Origin: Auanema rhodensis | Taxonomy: Eukaryota > Animalia > Nematoda | Assembly (NCBI GenBank): GCA_964057225.1 | Contig: OZ059900.1 | Location: forward strand, 1,488,001 to 1,552,000 | Direction of reading: 5' to 3' | DNA length: 64,000 bases | Translations under genes and position numbers: made by a program | Notes under the pieces: generated by a model | What the model saw: the letters and a program-made list of their open reading frames with translations, nothing else | What the model was told of the DNA's origin: nothing | Databases searched by the model: none | Shown here: positions 43,460-59,000 of the stretch, piece after piece | Layout: each line of letters opens with the position of its first letter | Numbering within the stretch: position 1 is the stretch's first letter

Positions 43460-44850
43460 GTACAAAATCTGTAATACTCGTAAATTTTGATCATATTCGT
43501 TAAGATTTGAAAATCAAACACACAATAAACAAAATCAGTCTATTTTTATGAGCTTGCACTGATATATATTCATTTTGATCAAAAAAGGTCGAAAATAGAA
43601 AGAATTTTTGAAATTTACGAGTTTTGAGTCTAATTTGGCTAAATCGCTCATATATATGATCAAAAGCATAGTTTTACTGTCTATGATAACAAAAGTCTTC
43701 AAATATACACTAATAATGTGTAAATCACTGAATTTCACTCAAATGCATTACTACACTAAGTATGGTCGTTTTTATGCCTTTAACACCATATACTCACCGA
43801 TTTTTGGTACAAAATCTGTAATACTTGTAAATTTTGATCATATTTGTTAAGATTCGAGAATCAAACACATAATACACAAAATAAGTCTATTTTTATGAGT
43901 TTGCACTGATATTTATTCATTTTGATCAAAAAAGGTCGAAAATAGAAAGAATTTTTGAATTTTCCGAGTTTTGAGTCCAATTGGGCTAAATCGCTCATAT
44001 ATATGATCAAAAGCATAGTTTTACTGTCTATGATAACAAAAGTCTTCAAATATACACTAATAATGATTAAATCACTGAATTTCACTCAAATAGCATTACT
44101 ACACTAAGTATGGTCGTTTTTATGCCTTTAACACCATATACTCACCGATTTTTGGTACAAAATCTGTAATACTCGTAAATTTTGATCATATTCGTTAAGA
44201 TTTGAAAATCAAACACACAATAAACAAAATCAGTCTATTTTTATGAGCTTGCACTGATATATATTCATTTTGATCAAAAAAGGTCGAAAATAGAAAGAAT
44301 TTTTGAAATTTACGAGTTTTGAGTCTAATTTGGCTAAATCGCTCATATATATGATCAAAAGCATAGTTTTACTGTCTATGATAACAAAAGTCTTCAAATA
44401 TACACTAATAATGTGTAAATCACTGAATTTCACTCAAATGCATTACTACACTAAGTATGGTCGTTTTTATGCCTTTAACACCATATACTCACCGATTTTT
44501 GGTACAAAATCTGTAATACTTGTAAATTTTGATCATATTTGTTAAGATTCGAGAATCAAACACATAATACACAAAATAAGTCTATTTTTATGAGTTTGCA
44601 CTGATATTTATTCATTTTGATCAAAAAAGGTCGAAAATAGAAAGAATTTTTGAATTTTCCGAGTTTTGAGTCCAATTGGGCTAAATCGCTCATATATATG
44701 ATCAAAAGCATAGTTTTACTGTCTATGATAACAAAAGTCTTCAAATATACACTAATAATGATTAAATCACTGAATTTCACTCAAATAGCATTACTACACT
44801 AAGTATGGTCGTTTTTATGCCTTTAACACCATATACTCACCGATTTTTGG
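43460..44850. repeat. Dimer (695-bp) tandem duplication
   Basis: ORF pairs 43535/44230 and 43861/44556. The variants caaatgcatt and catatttgtt are both repeated at +695. Confidence 0.88.
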
Positions 44851-47800
44851 TACAAAATCTGTAATACTCGTAAATTTTGATCATATTCGTTAAGATTTGA
44901 GAATCAAACATACAATACACAAAATCAGTCTATTTTCATGAGCTTGCACTGATATATATTCATTTTGATCAAAAAAGGTCGAAAATAGAAAGAATTTTTG
45001 AAATTTACGAGTTTTGAGTCTAATTTGGCTAAATCGCTCATATATATGATCAGAAGCATAGTTTTATTGTCTATGACAACAAAAGTCTTCAAATATACAC
45101 TGATAATGATTTAATCACTGAATTTCACTCAAATAGCATTACTACACTAAGTATGGTCGTTTTTATGCCTTTAACACCATATACTCACCGATTTTTGGTA
45201 CAAAATCTGTAATACTTGTAAATTTTGATCATATTCGTTAAGATTCGAGAATCAAACACATAATACACGAAATAAGTCTATTTTTATGAGTTTGCACTGA
45301 TATTCATTCATTTTGATCAAAAAAGGTCGAAAATAGAAAGAATTTTTGAAATTTACGAGTTTTGAGTCTAATTTGGCTAAATCGCTCATATATATGATCA
45401 GAAGCATAGTTTTATTGTCTATGACAACAAAAGTCATTAGTTAAACACTAATGATGTTTAAATCACTAAATTTCGCTCAAATAGCATTACTACACTAAGT
45501 ATGGTCGTTTTTATGCCTTTAACACCATATACTCACCGATTTTTGGTACAAAATCTGTAATACTTGTAAATTTTGATCATATTCGTTAAGATTCGAGAAT
45601 CAAACACATAATACACGAAATAAGTCTATTTTTATGAGTTTGCACTGATATTTATTCATTTTGATCAAAAAAGGTCGAAAATAGAAAGAATTTTTGAATT
45701 TTCCGAGTTTTGAGTCCAATTGGGCTAAATCGCTCATATATATGATCAAAAGCATAGTTTTACTGTCTATGATAACAAAAGTCTTCAAATATACACTAAT
45801 AATGATTTAATCACTGAATTTCACTCAAATAGCATTACTACACTAAGTATGGTCGTTTTTATGCCTTTAACACCATATACTCACCGATTTTTGGTACAAA
45901 ATCTGTGATACTCGTAAATTCTGATCATATTCGGTGAGATTCGAGAATCAAACACACAATACACGAAATAAGTTTATTTTTACGAGTTTGCACTGATATT
46001 TATTCATTTTGATCAAAAAAGGTCGAAAATAGAAAGAATTTTTGAAATTTCCGAGTTTTGAGTCTAATTTGGCTAAATCGCTCATATATATGATCAAAAG
46101 CATAGTTTTACTGTCTATGATAACAAAAGTCATCAATTAAACACTAATAATGTGTAAATCACTGAATTTCACTCAAATAGCATTACTACACTAAGTATGG
46201 TCGTTTTTATGCCTTTAACACCATATACTCACCGATTTTTGGTACAAAATCTGTAATACTCGTAAATTTTGATCATATTCGTTAAGATTTGAGAATCAAA
46301 CATACAATACACAAAATCAGTCTATTTTCATGAGCTTGCACTGATATATATTCATTTTGATCAAAAAAGGTCGAAAATAGAAAGAATTTTTGAAATTTAC
46401 GAGTTTTGAGTCTAATTTGGCTAAATCGCTCATATATATGATCAGAAGCATAGTTTTATTGTCTATGACAACAAAAGTCTTCAAATATACACTGATAATG
46501 ATTTAATCACTGAATTTCACTCAAATAGCATTACTACACTAAGTATGGTCGTTTTTATGCCTTTAACACCATATACTCACCGATTTTTGGTACAAAATCT
46601 GTAATACTTGTAAATTTTGATCATATTCGTTAAGATTCGAGAATCAAACACATAATACACGAAATAAGTCTATTTTTATGAGTTTGCACTGATATTCATT
46701 CATTTTGATCAAAAAATTTCGAAAATAGAAAGAATTTTTGAATTTTCCGAGTTTTGAGTCCAATTGGGCTAAATCGCTCATATATATGATCAAAAGCATA
46801 GTTTTACTGTCTATGATAACAAAAGTCTTCAAATATACACTGATAATGATTTAATCACTGAATTTCACTCAAATAGCATTACTACACTAAGTATGGTCGT
46901 TTTTATGCCTTTAACACCATATACTCACCGATTTTTGGTACAAAATCTGTGATACTCGTAAATTCTGATCATATTCGGTGAGATTCGAGAATCAAACACA
47001 CAATACACGAAATAAGTTTATTTTTACGAGTTTGCACTGATATTTATTCATTTTGATCAAAAAAGGTCGAAAATAGAAAGAATTTTTGAAATTTCCGAGT
47101 TTTGAGTCTAATTTGGCTAAATCGCTCATATATATGATCAAAAGCATAGTTTTACTGTCTATGATAACAAAAGTCTTCAAATATACACTAATAATGTGTA
47201 AATCACTGAATTTCACTCAAATAGCATTACTACACTAAGTATGGTCGTTTTTATGCCTTTAACACCATATACTCACCGATTTTTGGTACAAAATCTGTAA
47301 TACTCGTAAATTTTGATCATATTCGTTAAGATTTGAGAATCAAACATACAATACACAAAATCAGTCTATTTTTATGAGCTTGCACTGATATATATTCATT
47401 TTGATCAAAAAAGGTCGAAAATAGAAAGAATTTTTGAAATTTACGAGTTTTGAATCTAATTTGGCTAAATCGCTCATATATATGATCAAAAGCATAGTTT
47501 TACTGTCTATGATAACAAAAGTCTTCAAATATACACTAATAATGATTAAATCACTGAATTTCACTCAAATAGCATTACTACACTAAGTATGGTCGTTTTT
47601 ATGCCTTTAACACCATATACTCACCGATTTTTGGTACAAAATCTTTGATACTCGTAAATTTTGATCATATTCGTTAAGATTTGAAAATCAAACATACAAT
47701 ACACAAAATCAGTCTATTTTCATGAGCTTGCACTGATATATATTCATTTTGATCAAAAAAGGTCGAAAATAGAAAGAATTTTTGAAATTTACGAGTTTTG

Positions 47801-50800
47801 AGTCTAATTTGGCTAAATCGCTCATATATATGATCAGAAGCATAGTTTTATTGTCTATGACAACAAAAGTCATTAGTTAAACACTAATGATGTTTAAATC
47901 ACTAAATTTCGCTCAAATAGCATTACTACACTAAGTATGGTCGTTTTTATGCCTTTAACACCATATACTCACCGATTTTTGGTACAAAATCTGTAATACT
48001 TGTAAATTTTGATCATATTCGTTAAGATTCGAGAATCAAACACATAATACACAAAATAAGTCTATTTTTATGAGTTTGCACTGATATTTATTCATTTTGA
48101 TCAAAAAAGGTCGAAAATAGAAAGAATTTTTGAATTTTCCGAGTTTTGAGTCCAATTGGGCTAAATCGCTCATATATATGATCAAAAGCATAGTTTTACT
48201 GTCTATGATAACAAAAGTCTTCAAATATACACTGATAATGATTTAATCACTGAATTTCACTCAAATAGCATTACTACACTAAGTATGGTCGTTTTTATGC
48301 CTTTAACACCATATACTCACCGATTTTTGGTACAAAATCTGTAATACTCGTAAATTTTGATCATATTCGGTGAGATTCGAGAATCAAACACACAATACAC
48401 GAAATAAGTCTATTTTTATGAGTTTGCACTGATATTTATTCATTTTGATCAAAAAAGGTCGAAAATAGAAAGAATTTTTGAAATTTCCGAGTTTTGAGTC
48501 TAATTTGGCTAAATCGCTCATATATATGATCAAAAGCATAGTTTTACTGTCTATGATAACAAAAGTCTTCAAATATACACTAATGATGTGTAAATCACTG
48601 AATTTTACTCAAATAGCTTTACTACACTAAGTATGGTCGTTTTTATGCCTTTAACACCATATACTCAACGATTTTTGGTACAAAATCTGTAATACTCGTA
48701 AATTTTGATCATATTCGTTAAGATTTGAAAATCAAACATACAATACACAAAATCAGTCTATTTTCATGAGCTTGCACTGATATATATTCATTTTGATCAA
48801 AAAAGGTCGAAAATAGAAAGAATTTTTGAAATTTACGAGTTTTGAGTCTAATTTGGCTAAATCGCTCATATATATGATCAGAAGCATAGTTTTATTGTCT
48901 ATGACAACAAAAGTCATTAGTTAAACACTAATGATGTTTAAATCACTAAATTTCGCTCAAATAGCATTACTACACTAAGTATGGTCGTTTTTATGCCTTT
49001 AACACCATATACTCACCGATTTTTGGTACAAAATCTGTAATACTTGTAAATTTTGATCATATTCGTTAAGATTCGAGAATCAAACACATAATACACAAAA
49101 TAAGTCTATTTTTATGAGTTTGCACTGATATTTATTCATTTTGATCAAAAAAGGTCGAAAATAGAAAGAATTTTTGAATTTTCCGAGTTTTGAGTCCAAT
49201 TGGGCTAAATCGCTCATATATATGATCAAAAGCATAGTTTTACTGTCTATGATAACAAAAGTCTTCAAATATACACTGATAATGATTTAATCACTGAATT
49301 TCACTCAAATAGCATTACTACACTAAGTATGGTCGTTTTTATGCCTTTAACACCATATACTCACCGATTTTTGGTACAAAATCTGTAATACTCGTAAATT
49401 TTGATCATATTCGTTAAGATTTGAGAATCAAACATACAATACACAAAATCAGTCTATTTTTATGAGCTTGCACTGATATATATTCATTTTGATCAAAAAA
49501 GGTCGAAAATAGAAAGAATTTTTGAAATTTCCGAGTTTTTAGTCTAATTTGGCTAAATCGCTCATATACATGATCAGAAGCATAGTTTTATTGTCTATGA
49601 CAACAAAAGTCATCAATTAAACGCTAGTGATGTTTAAATCACTGAATTTCACTCAAATAGCTTTACTACACTAAGTATGGTCGTTTTTATGCCTTTAACA
49701 CCATATACTCAACGATTTTTGGTACAAAATCTGTAATACTCGTAAATTTTGATCATATTCGTTAAGATTTGAGAATCAAACATACAATACACAAAATCAG
49801 TCTATTTTTATGAGCTTGCACTGATATATATTCATTTTGATCAAAAAAGGTCGAAAATAGAAAGAATTTTTGAAATTTCCGAGTTTTTAGTCTAATTTGG
49901 CTAAATCGCTCATATACATGATCAGAAGCATAGTTTTATTGTCTATGACAACAAAAGTCATCAATTAAACGCTAGTGATGTTTAAATACTGATTTTCGCT
50001 CAAATAGCATTACTACACTAAGTATGGTCGTTTTTATGCCTTTAACACCATATACTCACCGATTTTTGGTACAAAATCTGTGATACTCGTAAATTTTGAT
50101 CATATTCGGTGAGATTCGAGAATCAAACATACAATACACAAAATCAGTCTATTTTTATGAGCTTGCACTGATATATATTCATTTTGATCAAAAAAGGTAG
50201 AAAATAGAAAGAATTTTTGAAATTTACGAGTTTTGAGTCTAATTTGGCTAAATCGCTCATATATATGATCAGAAGCATAGTTTTATTGTCTATGATAACA
50301 AAAGTCTTCAAATATACACTAATAATGTGTAAATCACTGAATTTCACTCAAATAGCATTACTACACTAAGTATGGTCGTTTTTATGCCTTTAACACCATA
50401 TACTCACCGATTTTTGGTACAAAATCTGTGATACTCGTAAATTTTGATCATATTCGGTGAGATTCGAGAATCAAACACACAATACACGAAATAAGTTTAT
50501 TTTTACGAGTTTGCACTGATATTTATTCATTTTGATCAAAAAAGGTCGAAAATAGAAAGAATTTTTGAAATTTCCGAGTTTTGAGTCTAATTTGGCTAAA
50601 TCGCTCATATATATGATCAAAAGCATAGTTTTATTGTCTATGACAACAAAAGTCATAAATTAAACGCTAGTGATGTTTAAATACTGATTTTCGCTCAAAT
50701 AGCATTACTACACTAAGTATGGTCGTTTTTATGCCTTTAACACCATATACTCACCGATTTTTGGTACAAAATCTGTGATACTCGTAAATTTTGATCATAT

Positions 50801-50899
50801 TCGGTGAGATTCGAGGATCGAACACACAATACACGAAATATGTTTATTTTGACGAGTTTGCACTGATATTTATTCATTTTGATCAAAAAAGGTCGAAAA

Positions 50900-53030
50900 T
50901 AGAAAGAATTTTTGAAATTTCCGAGTTTTGAGTCTAATTTGGCTAAATCGCTCATATACATGATCAGAAGCATAGTTTTATTGTCTATGACAACAAAAGT
51001 CATCAATTAAACGCTAGTGATGTTTAAATACTGATTTTCGCTCAAATAGCATTACTACACTAAGTATGGTCGTTTTTATGCCTTTAACACCATATACTCA
51101 CCGATTTTTGGTACAAAATCTGTAATACTCGTAAATTTTGATCATATTCGTTAAGAATTTAAAATCAAACAGACAATAAACAAAATCAGTCTATTTTTAT
51201 GAGCTTGCACTGATATATATTCATTTTGATCAAAAAAGGTCGAAAATAGAAAGAATTTTTGAAATTTACGAGTTTTGAGTCTAATTTGGCTAAATCGCTC
51301 ATATACATGATCAGAAGCATAGTTTTATTGTCTATGACAACAAAAGTCATCAATTAAACGCTAGTGATGTTTAAATCACTGAATTTCACTCAAATAGCTT
51401 TACTACACTAAGTATGGTCGTTTTTATGCCTTTAACACCATATACTCAACGATTTTTGGTACAAAATCTGTAATACTCGTAAATTTTGATCATATTCGTT
51501 AAGATTTGAGAATCAAACATACAATACACAAAATCAGTCTATATTCATGAGCTTGCACTGATATATATTCATTTTGATCAAAAAAGGTCGAAAATAGAAA
51601 GAATTTTTGAAATTTCCGAGTTTTTAGTCTAATTTGGCTAAATCGCTCATATACATGATCAGAAGCATAGTTTTATTGTCTATGACAACAAAAGTCATCA
51701 AATATACACTAATAATGTGTAAATCACTGAATTTCACTCAAATAGCATTACTACACTAAGTATGGTCGTTTTCATGCCTTTAACACCATATACTCACCGA
51801 TTTTTGGTACAAAATCTGTGATACTCGTAAATTTTGATCATATTCGGTGAGATTCGAGAATCAAACACACAATACACGAAATAAGTTTATTTTTACGAGT
51901 TTGCACTGATATTTATTCATTTTGATCAAAAAAGGTCGAAAATAGAAAGAATTTTTGAAATTTCCGAGTTTTGAGTCTAATTTGGCTAAATCGCTCATAT
52001 ACATGATCAGAAGCATAGTTTTATTGTCTATGACAACAAAAGTCATCAATTAAACGCTAGTGATGTTTAAATACTGATTTTCGCTCAAATAGCATTACTA
52101 CACTAAGTATGGTCGTTTTTATGCCTTTAACACCATATACTCACCGATTTTTGGTACAAAATCTGTAATACTCGTAAATTTTGATCATATTCGTTAAGAA
52201 TTTAAAATCAAACAGACAATAAACAAAATCAGTCTATTTTTATGAGCTTGCACTGATATATATTCATTTTGATCAAAAAAGGTCGAAAATAGAAAGAATT
52301 TTTGAAATTTACGAGTTTTGAGTCTAATTTGGCTAAATCGCTCATATACATGATCAGAAGCATAGTTTTATTGTCTATGACAACAAAAGTCATCAATTAA
52401 ACGCTAGTGATGTTTAAATCACTGAATTTCACTCAAATAGCTTTACTACACTAAGTATGGTCGTTTTTATGCCTTTAACACCATATACTCAACGATTTTT
52501 GGTACAAAATCTGTAATACTCGTAAATTTTGATCATATTCGTTAAGATTTGAGAATCAAACATACAATACACAAAATCAGTCTATATTCATGAGCTTGCA
52601 CTGATATATATTCATTTTGATCAAAAAAGGTCGAAAATAGAAAGAATTTTTGAAATTTCCGAGTTTTTAGTCTAATTTGGCTAAATCGCTCATATACATG
52701 ATCAGAAGCATAGTTTTATTGTCTATGACAACAAAAGTCATCAAATATACACTAATAATGTGTAAATCACTGAATTTCACTCAAATAGCATTACTACACT
52801 AAGTATGGTCGTTTTCATGCCTTTAACACCATATACTCACCGATTTTTGGTACAAAATCTGTGATACTCGTAAATTTTGATCATATTCGGTGAGATTCGA
52901 GAATCAAACACACAATACACGAAATAAGTTTATTTTTACGAGTTTGCACTGATATTTATTCATTTTGATCAAAAAAGGTCGAAAATAGAAAGAATTTTTG
53001 AAATTTCCGAGTTTTGAGTCTAATTTGGCT
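50900..53030. repeat. Trimer (1043-bp) tandem duplication
   Basis: Private variants aagaatttaaaatcaaacagac (~51153, ~52196) and ctatattcatg (~51539, ~52582). Confidence 0.88.
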
Positions 53031-56000
53031 AAATCGCTCATATATATGATCAAAAGCATAGTTTTATTGTCTATGACAACAAAAGTCATAAATTAAACGC
53101 TAGTGATGTTTAAATACTGATTTTCGCTCAAATAGCATTACTACACTAAGTATGGTCGTTTTTATGCCTTTAACACCATATACTCACCGATTTTTGGTAC
53201 AAAATCTGTGATACTCGTAAATTTTGATCATATTCGGTGAGATTTGAGGATCGAACACACAATACACGAAATATGTTTATTTTGACGAGTTTGCACTGAT
53301 ATTTATTCATTTTGATCAAAAAAGGTCGAAAATAGAAAGAATTTTTGAAATTTCCGAGTTTTGAGTCTAATTTGGCTAAATCGCTCATATACATGATCAG
53401 AAGCATAGTTTTATTGTCTATGACAACAAAAGTCATCAATTAAACGCTAGTGATGTTTAAATACTGATTTTCGCTCAAATAGCATTACTACACTAAGTAT
53501 GGTCGTTTTTATGCCTTTAACACCATATACTCACCGATTTTTGGTACAAAATCTGTAATACTCGTAAATTTTGATCATATTCGTTAAGATTTGAAAATCA
53601 AACACACAATAAACAAAATCAGTCTATTTTTATGAGCTTGCACTGATATATATTCATTTTGATCAAAAAAGGTCGAAAATAGAAAGAATTTTTGAAATTT
53701 ACGAGTTTTGAGTCTAATTTGGCTAAATCGCTCATATATATGATCAAAAGCATAGTTTTACTGTCTATGATAACAAAAGTCTTCAAATATACACTAATAA
53801 TGTGTAAATCACTGAATTTCACTCAAATGCATTACTACACTAAGTATGGTCGTTTTTATGCCTTTAACACCATATACTCACCGATTTTTGGTACAAAATC
53901 TGTAATACTTGTAAATTTTGATCATATTTGTTAAGATTCGAGAATCAAACACACAATACACGAAATAAGTTTATTTTTACGAGTTTGCACTGATATTTAT
54001 TCATTTTGATCAAAAAAGGTCGAAAATAGAAAGAATTTTTGAAATTTCCGAGTTTTGAGTCTAATTTGGCTAAATTGCTCATATACATGATCAGAAGCAT
54101 AGTTTTATTGTCTCTGACAACAAAAGTCATCAATTAAACGCTAGTGATGTTTAAATACTGATTTTCGCTCAAATAGCATTACTACACTAAGTATGGTCGT
54201 TTTTATGCCTTTAACACCATATACTCACCGATTTTTGGTACAAAATCTGTAATACTCGTAAATTTTGATCATATTCGTTAAGATTTGAGAATCAAACACA
54301 CAATAAACAAAATCAGTCTATTTTTATGAGCTTGCACTGATATATATTCATTTTGATCAAAAAAGGTCGAAAATAGAAAGAATTTTTGAATTTTCCGAGT
54401 TTTGAGTCTAATTTGGCTAAATCGCTCATATATATGATCAAAAGCATAGTTTTATTGTCTATGACAACAAAAGTCATCAATTAAACGCTAGTGATGTTTA
54501 AATACTGAATTTCACTCAAATAGCATTACTACACTAAGTATGGTCGTTTTTATGCCTTTAACACCATATACTCACCGATTTTTGGTACAAAATCTGTGAT
54601 ACTCGTAAATTTTGATCATATTCGGTGAGATTCGAGGATCGAACACACAATACACGAAATATGTTTATTTTGACGAGTTTGCACTGATATTTATTCATTT
54701 TGATCAAAAAAGGTCGAAAATAGAAAGAATTTTTGAAATTTCCGAGTTTTGAGTCTAATTTGGCTAAATCGCTCATATACATGATCAGAAGCATAGTTTT
54801 ATTGTCTATGACAACAAAAGTCATCAATTAAACGCTAGTGATGTTTAAATACTGATTTTCGCTCAAATAGCATTACTACACTAAGTATGGTCGTTTTTAT
54901 GCCTTTAACACCATATACTCACCGATTTTTGGTACAAAATCTGTAATACTCGTAAATTTTGATCATATTCGTTAAGATTTGAAAATCAAACACACAATAA
55001 ACAAAATCAGTCTATTTTTATGAGCTTGCACTGATATATATTCATTTTGATCAAAAAAGGTCGAAAATAGAAAGAATTTTTGAAATTTACGAGTTTTGAA
55101 TCTAATTTGGCTAAATCGCTCATATATATGATCAAAAGCATAGTTTTACTGTCTATGATAACAAAAGTCTTCAAATATACACTAATAATGATTAAATCAC
55201 TGAATTTCACTCAAATAGCATTACTACACTAAGTATGGTCGTTTTCATGCCTTTAACACCATATACTCACCGATTTTTGGTACAAAATCTGTAATACTTG
55301 TAAATTTTGATCATATTCGTTAAGATTCGAGAATCAAACACACAATACACGAAATAAGTTTATTTTTACGAGTTTGCACTGATATTTATTCATTTTGATC
55401 AAAAAAGGTCGAAAATAGAAAGAATTTTTGAAATTTCCGAGTTTTGAGTCTAATTTGGCTAAATCGCTCATATATATGATCAAAAGCATAGTTTTATTGT
55501 CTATGACAACAAAAGTCATCAATTAAACGCTAGTGATGTTTAAATACTGAATTTCGCTCAAATAGCATTACTACACTAAGTATGGTCGTTTTTATGCCTT
55601 TAACACCATATACTCACCGATTTTTGGTACAAAATCTGTAATACTCGTAAATTTTGATCATATTCGTTAAGATTTGAGAATCAAACACACAATAAACAAA
55701 ATCAGTCTATTTTTATGAGCTTGCACTGATATATATTCATTTTGATCAAAAAAGGTCGAAAATAGAAAGAATTTTTGAATTTTCCGAGTTTTGAGTCCAA
55801 TTGGGCTAAATCGCTCATATATATGATCAAAAGCATAGTTTTATTGTCTATAACAACAAAAGTCATCAATTAAACGCTAGTGATGTTTAAATACTGAATT
55901 TCACTCAAATAGCATTACTACACTAAGTATGGTCGTTTTTATGCCTTTAACACCATATACTCACCGATTTTTGGTACAAAATCTGTGATACTCGTAAATT

Positions 56001-59000
56001 TTGATCATATTCGGTGAGATTCGAGAATCAAACACACAATACACGAAATAAGTTTATTTTTACGAGTTTGCACTGATATTTATTCATTTTGATCAAAAAA
56101 GGTCGAAAATAGAAAGAATTTTTGAAATTTCCGAGTTTTGAGTCTAATTTGGCTAAATCGCTCATATATATGATCAAAAGCATAGTTTTATTGTCTATGA
56201 CAACAAAAGTCATCAATTAAACGCTAGTGATGTTTAAATACTGAATTTCGCTCAAATAGCATTACTACACTAAGTATGGTCGTTTTTATGCCTTTAACAC
56301 CATATACTCACCGATTTTTGGTACAAAATCTGTAATACTCGTAAATTTTGATCATATTCGTTAAGATTTGAGAATCAAACATACAATACACAAAATCAGT
56401 CTATTTTTATGAGCTTGCACTGATATATATTCATTTTGATCAAAAAAGGTCGAAAATAGAAAGAATTTTTGAAATTTACGAGTTTTGAATCTAATTTGGC
56501 TAAATCGCTCATATATATGATCAAAAGCATAGTTTTACTGTCTATGATAACAAAAGTCTTCAAATATACACTAATAATGATTAAATCACTGAATTTCACT
56601 CAAATAGCATTACTACACTAAGTATGGTCGTTTTCATGCCTTTAACACCATATACTCACCGATTTTTGGTACAAAATCTGTGATACTCGTAAATTCTGAT
56701 CATATTTGGTGAGATTCGAGAATCAAACACACAATACACGAAATCAGTCTATTTTTATGAGCTTGCACTGATATATATTCATTTTGATCAAAAAAGGTCG
56801 AAAATAGAAAGAATTTTTGAAATTTCCGAGTTTTTAGTCTAATTTGGCTAAATCGCTCATATACATGATCAGAAGCATAGTTTTATTGTCTATGACAACA
56901 AAAGTCATCAATTAAACGCTAGTGATGTTTAAATCACTGAATTTCACTCAAATAGCTTTACTACACTAAGTATGGTCGTTTTTATGCCTTTAACACCATA
57001 TACTCACCGATTTTTGGTACAAAATCTGTAATACTCGTAAATTTTGATCATATTCGTTAAGATTTGAGAATCAAACATACAATACACAAAATCAGTCTAT
57101 TTTTATGAGCTTGCACTGATATATATTCATTTTGATCAAAAAAGGTCGAAAATAGAAAGAATTTTTGAAATTTCCGAGTTTTTAGTCTAATTTGGCTAAA
57201 TCGCTCATATACATGATCAGAAGCATAGTTTTATTGTCTATGACAACAAAAGTCATCAATTAAACGCTAGTGATGTTTAAATACTGATTTTCGCTCAAAT
57301 AGCATTACTACACTAAGTATGGTCGTTTTTATGCCTTTAACACCATATACTCACCGATTTTTGGTACAAAATCTGTGATACTCGTAAATTTTGATCATAT
57401 TCGGTGAGATTCGAGAATCAAACATACAATACACAAAATCAGTCTATTTTTATGAGCTTGCACTGATATATATTCATTTTGATCAAAAAAGGTAGAAAAT
57501 AGAAAGAATTTTTGAAATTTACGAGTTTTGAGTCTAATTTGGCTAAATCGCTCATATATATGATCAGAAGCATAGTTTTATTGTCTATGATAACAAAAGT
57601 CTTCAAATATACACTAATAATGTGTAAATCACTGAATTTCACTCAAATAGCATTACTACACTAAGTATGGTCGTTTTCATGCCTTTAACACCATATACTC
57701 ACCGATTTTTGGTACAAAATCTGTGATACTCGTAAATTTTGATCATATTCGGTGAGATTCGAGAATCAAACACACAATACACGAAATAAGTTTATTTTTA
57801 CGAGTTTGCACTGATATTTATTCATTTTGATCAAAAAAGGTCGAAAATAGAAAGAATTTTTGAAATTTCCGAGTTTTGAGTCTAATTTGGCTAAATCGCT
57901 CATATATATGATCAAAAGCATAGTTTTATTGTCTATGACAACAAAAGTCATAAATTAAACGCTAGTGATGTTTAAATACTGATTTTCGCTCAAATAGCAT
58001 TACTACACTAAGTATGGTCGTTTTTATGCCTTTAACACCATATACTCACCGATTTTTGGTACAAAATCTGTGATACTCGTAAATTTTGATCATATTCGGT
58101 GAGATTCGAGGATCGAACACACAATACACGAAATATGTTTATTTTGACGAGTTTGCACTGATATTTATTCATTTTGATCAAAAAAGGTCGAAAATAGAAA
58201 GAATTTTTGAAATTTCCGAGTTTTGAGTCTAATTTGGCTAAATCGCTCATATATATGATCAGAAGCATAGTTTTATTGTCTATGACAACAAAAGTCATTA
58301 ATTAAACACTAATGATGTTTAAATTACTAAATTTCGCTCAAATAGCATTACTACACTAAGTATGGTCGTTTTTATGCCTTTAACACCATATACTCACCGA
58401 TTTTTGGTACAAAATCTGTAATACTCGTAAATTTTGATCATATTCGTTAAGATTTGAGAATCAAACACACAATACACAAAATCAGTCTATTTTTATGAGC
58501 TTGCACTGATATATATTCATTTTGATCAAAAAAGGTCGAAAATAGAAAGAATTTTTGAAATTTCCGAGTTTTGAGTCCAATTTGGCTGAATCGCTCATAT
58601 ATATGATCAAAAGCATAGTTTTATTGTCTATAACAACAAAAGTCATCAATTAAACGCTAGTGATGTTTTAATACTGAATTTCGCTCAAATAGCATTACTA
58701 CACTAAGTATGGTCGTTTTTATGCCTTTAACACCATATACTCACCGATTTTTGGTACAAAATCTGTAATACTCGTAAATTTTGATCATATTCGGTGAGAT
58801 TCGAGGATCGAACACACAATACACGAAATATGTTTATTTTGACGAGTTTGCACTGATATTTATTCATTTTGATCAAAAAAGGTCGAAAATAGAAAGAATT
58901 TTTGAAATTTCCGAGTTTTGAGTCTAATTTGGCTAAATCGCTCATATACATGATCAGAAGCATAGTTTTATTGTCTATGACAACAAAAGTCATCAATTAA

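Larger units (their letters stand above)
34780..53950. repeat. Second large tandem segmental duplication: ~34.8-43.9 kb copied to ~44.86-53.95 kb (10084 bp = 29 monomers; 9041 bp = 26 monomers in the middle part)
   Basis: Pairs at +10084: ORFs 35168/45252, 35516/45600, 36560/46644 (private aaaaatttcg), 42820/52904, 43086/53170, 43535/53619. Pairs at +9041: 37951/46992, 38995/48036, 41103/50144, 41696/50737, and aaatctttgata ~38598/~47639. Confidence 0.9.

Noticed and set aside
43608-43850. 80-aa plus-strand ORF (also 44303, 53692, 59249, 61332)
   Set aside because: It exists only because the 1-bp deletion caaatagcatt->caaatgcatt removes a stop or shifts the frame in those monomers; it is incidental.
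34780-53950. Large duplications as pure assembly artefacts
   Set aside because: The copies differ by private SNPs (e.g. atgaaac ~36211, aagaattt ~51153) and whole-monomer indels, which argues against simple false duplication. Collapsed or tandemly placed haplotypes cannot be excluded without reads.
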